A stretch of DNA of 59,014 nucleotides from assembly GCA_039795775.1 (NCBI GenBank), contig JBDKLC010000005.1, positions 251,624-310,637 of the forward strand, read 5' to 3'. Position numbers and translations under genes: made by a program. Under the pieces are notes generated by a model. The model made no database searches and was not told the DNA's origin. It saw only the letters and a program-made list of their open reading frames with translations. The DNA comes from Candidatus Parcubacteria bacterium (GTDB lineage Bacteria; Patescibacteriota; Minisyncoccia; Phycocordibacterales; CAIZLB01). Of the stretch, positions 54,083 to 59,014 are shown one piece after another; the stretch's first letter is position 1; every line of letters starts with the position of its first letter.

Positions 54083-54685
54083 CTATCGTTTATAAAACTC
54101 AAGTACTGCTCCTAAATCGAACAACAAATCTACACCGTCGATTGATGGCAATCGAAGTACAGAAGCTTGTTTCTTGTCAGTGTTCCATGTCAACCATACT
54201 GGAGTCTGAGTGTCTTTCATCTTTGCATCCAATTCTTTGAATACAGTCTTTGTCTTACTACCTTCTCGAACAGCAAGCTGATCGCCAGGTCGTACTACAT
54301 AAGATGGGATAGTAACTTTTTGACCGTTCACTGTGATGTGACCGTGAGATACGATCTGTCGTGCAAATCGTCGTGTAGAAGCGAGACCCAAACGGAACAC
54401 TACGTTATCGAGTCGAGTTTCGAGAGCTTCGAATACTTTGAGACTTGGAGTGTGTGAACCTGATTCAATCACGTCCTTCACGTATCGTGAGAACTGCTTT
54501 TCTGAAATACCATATGTAAATCGAGCTTTTTGCTTTTCGATCATTTGTCGAGCAAACTCACTCTTTGTCATTGGCTTTTTTGTAGACTTTTCGCCAGCTC
54601 GCATTTTGAACTTCTGAGTTTGTGTTTTCTCAAAAATTGGAGCTCCGAGTCGTCGTGCAATTTTGTATTTTGGACCTAGTTTCAT
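54083..54685 (-). CDS. rpsD: 30S ribosomal protein S4
   Basis: 200 aa. S4 N-domain and S4 RNA-binding domain (RLDNVVFRLGLA). Confidence 0.95.
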   Translation of the reverse strand: MKLGPKYKIARRLGAPIFEKTQTQKFKMRAGEKSTKKPMTKSEFARQMIEKQKARFTYGISEKQFSRYVKDVIESGSHTPSLKVFEALETRLDNVVFRLGLASTRRFARQIVSHGHITVNGQKVTIPSYVVRPGDQLAVREGSKTKTVFKELDAKMKDTQTPVWLTWNTDKKQASVLRLPSIDGVDLLFDLGAVLEFYKR

Positions 54686-54703
54686 ATATATACAATTAAA
54701 TTA

Positions 54704-55129
54704 TTATACTCGTCGTGGCTTCTTTGCCTTAACACCGTTGTGTGGAACAGGTGTTGCATCTTTGATAGATGCAAGCGAAATACCTTTTGTAATAAACGAT
54801 CGAATCGATGATTCTCGTCCTGACCCTACACCCTTCACTACCACTGAAATTTCCTTCACACCCATTGCAATTGCTTTATCAGCAAGAGATTCGCCTACTT
54901 TTGCAGCAGCGAACGGTGTGCCTTTCTTTGCTCCCTTGAAGCCAAGACTTCCACTTGAAGCCCAAGCTACAGCGTTGCCCTTAGCATCAGTAAGGATGAG
55001 TTTAGTGTTGTTGTAGGTAGACTGAACTCGAAGTACAGCTGTATCGAGTTTTCTTTTTGCAGACGAAGAAGATGCTTTTGGAGCACCCTGGTCATCACCT
55101 GTTTTGTTTACAATTCGTTTCTTACCCAT
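54704..55129 (-). CDS. rpsK: 30S ribosomal protein S11
   Basis: 141 aa. GFKGAKKGTPFAA and DATPVPHNG signatures. Confidence 0.95.
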   Translation of the reverse strand: MGKKRIVNKTGDDQGAPKASSSSAKRKLDTAVLRVQSTYNNTKLILTDAKGNAVAWASSGSLGFKGAKKGTPFAAAKVGESLADKAIAMGVKEISVVVKGVGSGRESSIRSFITKGISLASIKDATPVPHNGVKAKKPRRV

Positions 55130-55156
55130 TGGTCGTTCGAGTTTATTTGTTAATTA

Positions 55157-55534
55157 TTATTTTTTAGTTTCCTTCTTTCGGCCTGAACCCATAGTCTTCT
55201 TTGGACCCTTGAGTGTTCGAGCGTTTGTCTTTGTTCGCTGACCTCGAGCTGGAAGTCGTCGAGCATGTCGCATGCCTCGGTACGCCTTGATATCTTTAAG
55301 TCGTTTGATGTTTCCACCAACTTCTCGCTTAAGATCTGCTTCAAGTTTAAAAGATTCAACAATAGTTTTGATCTTGTTTTCTTCGTCCGCTGTAAGATCT
55401 TTAGATTTTTTAGCGTAATCTACGCCCGCTTTGTCGAGAATAGTATGAGCTCTTGATCGTCCGATACCGTAAAGAGCTGTAAGGCCCATTTCGATTCGTT
55501 TTTCATCTGGAATTGTGATACCGAGGATTCGCAT
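55157..55534 (-). CDS. rpsM: 30S ribosomal protein S13
   Basis: 125 aa. MRILGITIP..ALYGIGRSRA..YRGMRH signature. Confidence 0.95.
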   Translation of the reverse strand: MRILGITIPDEKRIEMGLTALYGIGRSRAHTILDKAGVDYAKKSKDLTADEENKIKTIVESFKLEADLKREVGGNIKRLKDIKAYRGMRHARRLPARGQRTKTNARTLKGPKKTMGSGRKKETKK

Positions 55535-55559
55535 TGTAATTTAGTGATTATTTTTCTTC

Positions 55560-55676
55560 TTACCCTTGTCGCTGTTTATGACGAGTATTTGTCTTGCAAA
55601 CAATATATACATAGCCCTTTCGTCGGACTACTTTACAATCTTTACACTTTGGTTTTACTGAAGCTTTTACTCGCAT
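55560..55676 (-). CDS. rpmJ: 50S ribosomal protein L36
   Basis: Below the ORF-track length cut-off. My translation is [38 protein letters not shown] (38 aa, zinc-ribbon C/C/C/H pattern), in the canonical infA-rpmJ-rpsM position. Confidence 0.9.
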   Translation of the reverse strand: MRVKASVKPKCKDCKVVRRKGYVYIVCKTNTRHKQRQG

Positions 55677-55805
55677 GACTAGGTTAAATGATTACGTATA
55701 AAAAGACGTGGGTGTAAATATACTACACCCGCTATGAAAAGTAAAGCAAAACAAGGCTTTTTGCTGTGTGGCATCGGCCAAAGACCTTTTTTAGTGATTT
55801 TTGGC

Positions 55806-56033
55806 TTAGAATCGACGGATTATACGGCCTTTTCCACCGTGTATATCCTGCTCTATACTTACCCTATCCCCAATGAGCACTCGGATTCTATTGAGCTTCA
55901 TCTTCCCGCCGAGATACCCCAAAATGAGTTCTCCTTGTCTTTCTCCTTCAAGTTGAATTCGAAATTCAGCATTTGGTAACGCTTCTGTAACGACTCCTGA
56001 AAGTAATAATTTTCCTGCTTTTGGTGTATCCAT
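55806..56033 (-). CDS. infA: Translation initiation factor IF-1
   Basis: 75 aa. S1-like OB fold (G.V.EALPNAEFRI.LE..GKMK.NRIR.L.GD.V); operon position. Confidence 0.85.
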   Translation of the reverse strand: MDTPKAGKLLLSGVVTEALPNAEFRIQLEGERQGELILGYLGGKMKLNRIRVLIGDRVSIEQDIHGGKGRIIRRF

Positions 56034-56097
56034 TCGGTGTTATAGGTTGCTATAAATATATCAGTTTTTTGACTAATGGTCAATTTAACTGCTAAGT

Positions 56098-57630
56098 CTA
56101 CTGCTTAACTGTGATTTTATCGGCTCTTGGGAGTGACTTTTTCCAGAAAGGAGTGATAGAAATGTCTACAGTTTCTACATTATCCATACCTTGAATGGCT
56201 TCTATTGCCTGTACTTTTGATAATGTACTCACTGCGCGAGCCACCTTGTCGGCTGTAAAGACAGGTTTGATTGTCACACTGCCGTTGAGGCTGATCTTTG
56301 ATGATCCGGCCTTGAGTGTTGCTGCTGTAGTCCCTGATGGGAATGCTACTGAGAGGCTACTAAGGTCAGCATCATATGTTACTTTTGATTCTTCTTCAGA
56401 CGGAACATCTCCGCCAGCATTTGCTACCAAGATGTGTTTTATAAGACTGGCTTTGTCCATAATGACAGCAGTGGCTGTAGCTCGTTCTGCTACTGTAGAT
56501 TGGCCATCAGTTCCTGGAGTAATTATTGGAGATGTATAACTCACAATCATACTGTCACTTACATACACAAAGTTTTCAGGAAGCTGAGCAGTAATTTGGT
56601 TTACGAGTTGATTTTTGAGATCTTCTCGTAGTCTGTCCTCTACTGTGCCATTACTCGAAGCTCCAACTGTTGTTGGCGCAGCAGTAGTAATTGATCCACC
56701 AGCAAGTGCTCCATTTGATCGTGCATAGAAACTAGTATATTTTTCTGTTCCTTTAAGACCAGGCACGGTGAAGTCTTTTGGACCTGAATTGTATTTATCA
56801 CCAACTTGATCGGCAGTAATAGTTGCAGTAACACTTCCTGGAACAGTTTTGCCATCTTTTGTTGTCTTGCCTGGAACTGTTACACCTGTATTTAGTCGGT
56901 AAATAAGACCGTCTGGTGTTTGGAGTCGTGTTGTAGCTATAAGTTCTTGAGGTGAAGTACTGTAGTTATTGTAAATAATTACTTTACCTGTGGCTTTTGT
57001 TCCTGTTTCGGGTGTCTTTGAAGATGAGGTACTTGATGCTGACGGAGTTGATGTGATTTTTTCAGAAGCGTTTGCTGTTGTAGAACTTTCGGCGCTCAAC
57101 GTAATAATGTCATACATGATACCTGTAGAGTCATTAGAGGATGCGAGAGTGAATGACGCGCCATTGAGTGCTACCTGCTCATTTTTTCCACCTACAGTGA
57201 TTGTAGCGTGAGTAAAGAGGCCGATGACAAAATAGCCAACAAGAAGAATAGCCAAAATACCGATTGCCCATGTAACTAACGGTCGCTTACGAGATCCCCC
57301 ACTAAAACTAGCATCACTCTGGTAAAAAGCAGGCTCTATTTCAGATTCGTTAGAGTGTGAAAGCGCCTCGTGGTCATGATGGTAGTGTTCTTCATTTGAA
57401 GAATCCATTGGATGAATAGGAATTGAAATGTTCTGATCTTCATCATGCTGCTTTGTGTGACTATGTAAAGCGTGAGATGCATGAGAAGTTTTCTTCTTTG
57501 GCGCTGGAGGATGATCTACACCACTTGTACTTAGGACTGAACTCTTTTTTCGTTCAGGTAATGGAATATCTCGAATTGACCGTCGCTCGGGATTGTTTGG
57601 AGGAATAATATCTTGATATTTTGGACTCAT
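56098..57630 (-). CDS. Hypothetical membrane-anchored extracytoplasmic protein
   Basis: 510 aa. His-rich cytoplasmic N-terminus, one TM helix (WAIGILAILLVGYFVIGLF), S/T-rich exterior. Confidence 0.6.
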   Translation of the reverse strand: MSPKYQDIIPPNNPERRSIRDIPLPERKKSSVLSTSGVDHPPAPKKKTSHASHALHSHTKQHDEDQNISIPIHPMDSSNEEHYHHDHEALSHSNESEIEPAFYQSDASFSGGSRKRPLVTWAIGILAILLVGYFVIGLFTHATITVGGKNEQVALNGASFTLASSNDSTGIMYDIITLSAESSTTANASEKITSTPSASSTSSSKTPETGTKATGKVIIYNNYSTSPQELIATTRLQTPDGLIYRLNTGVTVPGKTTKDGKTVPGSVTATITADQVGDKYNSGPKDFTVPGLKGTEKYTSFYARSNGALAGGSITTAAPTTVGASSNGTVEDRLREDLKNQLVNQITAQLPENFVYVSDSMIVSYTSPIITPGTDGQSTVAERATATAVIMDKASLIKHILVANAGGDVPSEEESKVTYDADLSSLSVAFPSGTTAATLKAGSSKISLNGSVTIKPVFTADKVARAVSTLSKVQAIEAIQGMDNVETVDISITPFWKKSLPRADKITVKQ

Positions 57631-57635
57631 AAATG

Positions 57636-58781
57636 CTAAAGATGAAAGTTATATACTGCACCGATTGTGATTGATAAGTCTTTTTCGATTGAGGGTTCCC
57701 ATGTACAGTGTTCGGCAAGATCGGCTACCTTTACATCATATACCTCAAACTGGCCTTCTGAAAATGAAAACTGTTGATATTCCTCACTTTTTATAAAGTC
57801 ACTGAATAGCCACACAATGTCTTTTGGACAAAATAAGTAAAATTTACTCGGTAATGCAGTACCTATAGTCATATCGCCAAGAGTTTTTGTAAAACTTTGA
57901 AGCCAATTTGTCTTTATTTCGGCCATGGCCTTCTCTATTTTATCTACAAGTTTTATATCAAGTCGTTTTTCTTGATACATGGCAAGAAGTGAATTTGATA
58001 CTTCGCCTGTTGTATTGAGAATACGTGTAAGTTCTCGTACTACATACTGTTTACCCATTGGAAATGAAGCTGCTTCCGAAAGTGCATTTTGTCGAACAAT
58101 TAAAAGTTCTGTAATCTCTGATGTTACGTCTGAAATAATATAGTTTGGATGATCTGACCACATCTTCTGGATGACAGAAAACGATGCGAGCGATTGCGAA
58201 TGTACGCTAATGTCGCTGAGATGAAAGTGTTTTTCAATCGTACTCTTGATTTGGTCAATAGAAGCAACTCGTGCAAAACTTAAAAAGACTGAGAGGTCGA
58301 GTATCGTTGCCTTCTTTTTTTCTGGGCTCTGTGTCGGGTAACCGTTGAGACTTACTTTGATAAGCTTTTGCTCAATTATTCTAAACTCTCGGCTTCCCTT
58401 GCCTGTATAAGCACTCGAAGCATCCAAAATAGCATTATCTATAAGCTGCTGCGTAACGATAAAAGGCTTTTCTTGAGTCACATGGATGTTTTTTGTCTGT
58501 GATACATACCACGGAGACGAAAAAAGAACGATCGCTTCCTTAATAGCAATATTTGAGCATTCTGGTTTAGTGAGAATGTTCTTTTTTATATCAAGGCAGA
58601 GCTCGTTGAGTTCTGTGTTCACTCGAGACTCTAGCTGTGCCCGATCAGTTGTATCCAAGTAAGGAAGTTCACGTCGTTCAAAACCAGCAACATGTGGTCG
58701 AGAGACTTTTTCTTTCTGTATTACAGCAGCTTTCACAACACCATTTCCAACATAAAAAATAAGAGCACCACGTTTCTTCAT
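57636..58781 (-). CDS. Hypothetical protein, possibly a divergent actin-fold (FtsA/PilM-like) ATPase
   Basis: 381 aa. The pattern of two beta-rich lobes (ALIFYVGNGVVKAAVI, IISDVTSEITELLIV) is reminiscent of the ASKHA fold, but the Gly-rich phosphate loops are degenerate. Confidence 0.4.
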   Translation of the reverse strand: MKKRGALIFYVGNGVVKAAVIQKEKVSRPHVAGFERRELPYLDTTDRAQLESRVNTELNELCLDIKKNILTKPECSNIAIKEAIVLFSSPWYVSQTKNIHVTQEKPFIVTQQLIDNAILDASSAYTGKGSREFRIIEQKLIKVSLNGYPTQSPEKKKATILDLSVFLSFARVASIDQIKSTIEKHFHLSDISVHSQSLASFSVIQKMWSDHPNYIISDVTSEITELLIVRQNALSEAASFPMGKQYVVRELTRILNTTGEVSNSLLAMYQEKRLDIKLVDKIEKAMAEIKTNWLQSFTKTLGDMTIGTALPSKFYLFCPKDIVWLFSDFIKSEEYQQFSFSEGQFEVYDVKVADLAEHCTWEPSIEKDLSITIGAVYNFHL

Positions 58782-58843
58782 GCTCTTATTTTATACTATT
58801 CTTTTGTATACCGCTACGATGCTACGAGACCTTTAAAGAAAGA

Positions 58844-59014
58844 TTAATTGAGAACTGCTTTAATTCGTCGAACACCTTGCGCCACGGCTTCTTCTTTTTG
58901 AATTTTGAATGTTCCAAGCTCCGATGTGTTCTTTACGTGAGGGCCGCCACAGAATTCTTTTGAGAACGCGAGGTCCATTGTGTCACCAATATAGTACACA
59001 GTAACTGTGTCTGC
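58844..59014 (-). CDS. alaS: C-terminal end of alanine--tRNA ligase (or AlaX-type editing protein); N-terminus beyond the right edge
   Basis: My translation is ..[51 protein letters not shown]. The CGG(T/P)HV zinc motif and GVRRI(E/K)A are hallmarks of the AlaRS editing domain. Confidence 0.7.
   Translation of the reverse strand, partial: ADTVTVYYIGDTMDLAFSKEFCGGPHVKNTSELGTFKIQKEEAVAQGVRRIKAVLN

Noticed and set aside
1-59014. Alternative genetic code (UGA recoding as in some candidate phyla), CRISPR arrays, tRNA/rRNA genes, transposases or integrases.
   Set aside because: All conserved housekeeping proteins come out full-length with the standard code. I saw no regularly spaced direct repeats, no tRNA-like T-arm/acceptor pattern and no recognisable recombinase motifs. 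tRNA detection by eye is weak, so tRNAscan-SE should confirm.

Overview
This is a 59-kb, gene-dense, low-GC bacterial chromosome segment. Its gene content looks like a reduced genome, possibly CPR/Patescibacteria-like; that is an inference and cannot be proven from this window. Most of it is housekeeping: recR-dnaB, cysS, rplI, rpmA, asnB, gltX, a minimal cell-wall triad mraY-ftsW-murG with a D,D-carboxypeptidase, scpAB, aspS, trpS, the grpE-dnaK / dnaJ chaperone locus, and the tail of the ribosomal super-operon (infA-rpmJ-rpsM-rpsK-rpsD-rpoA-rplQ, then rplM-rpsI). I recognised no rRNA, tRNA, CRISPR array, transposase or integrase. Several things stand out. (1) There are three unusually long non-coding gaps of about 800 bp each. 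One (40.57-41.03 kb, minus strand) looks like a roughly 440-nt GC-rich, hairpin-dense orphan RNA with its own -10 box and intrinsic terminator directly upstream of trpS. Another (15.42-16.20 kb) has iteron-like repeats, an extreme AT tract and an ORF-less plus-strand unit with a duplicated terminator module. (2) About seven short, visibly GC-richer islands are embedded in the AT-rich backbone, most with a GC-rich hairpin at at least one edge: a small basic ORF, a P-loop NTPase, a small membrane protein, a TIM-barrel-like enzyme, an ABC exporter, the RNA candidate, and a lipoprotein between dnaK and dnaJ. (3) Many genes have a -10-like hexamer 4-7 nt upstream of the start codon and no Shine-Dalgarno, which suggests leaderless mRNAs. 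(4) There is a pair of PEP-utilising (swivel-His) phosphotransferase paralogues, and several domain-reduced housekeeping proteins (AspRS without the GAD insertion, AlaRS without C-Ala, short L13). All functional calls come from motif recognition by eye. No database search was run.
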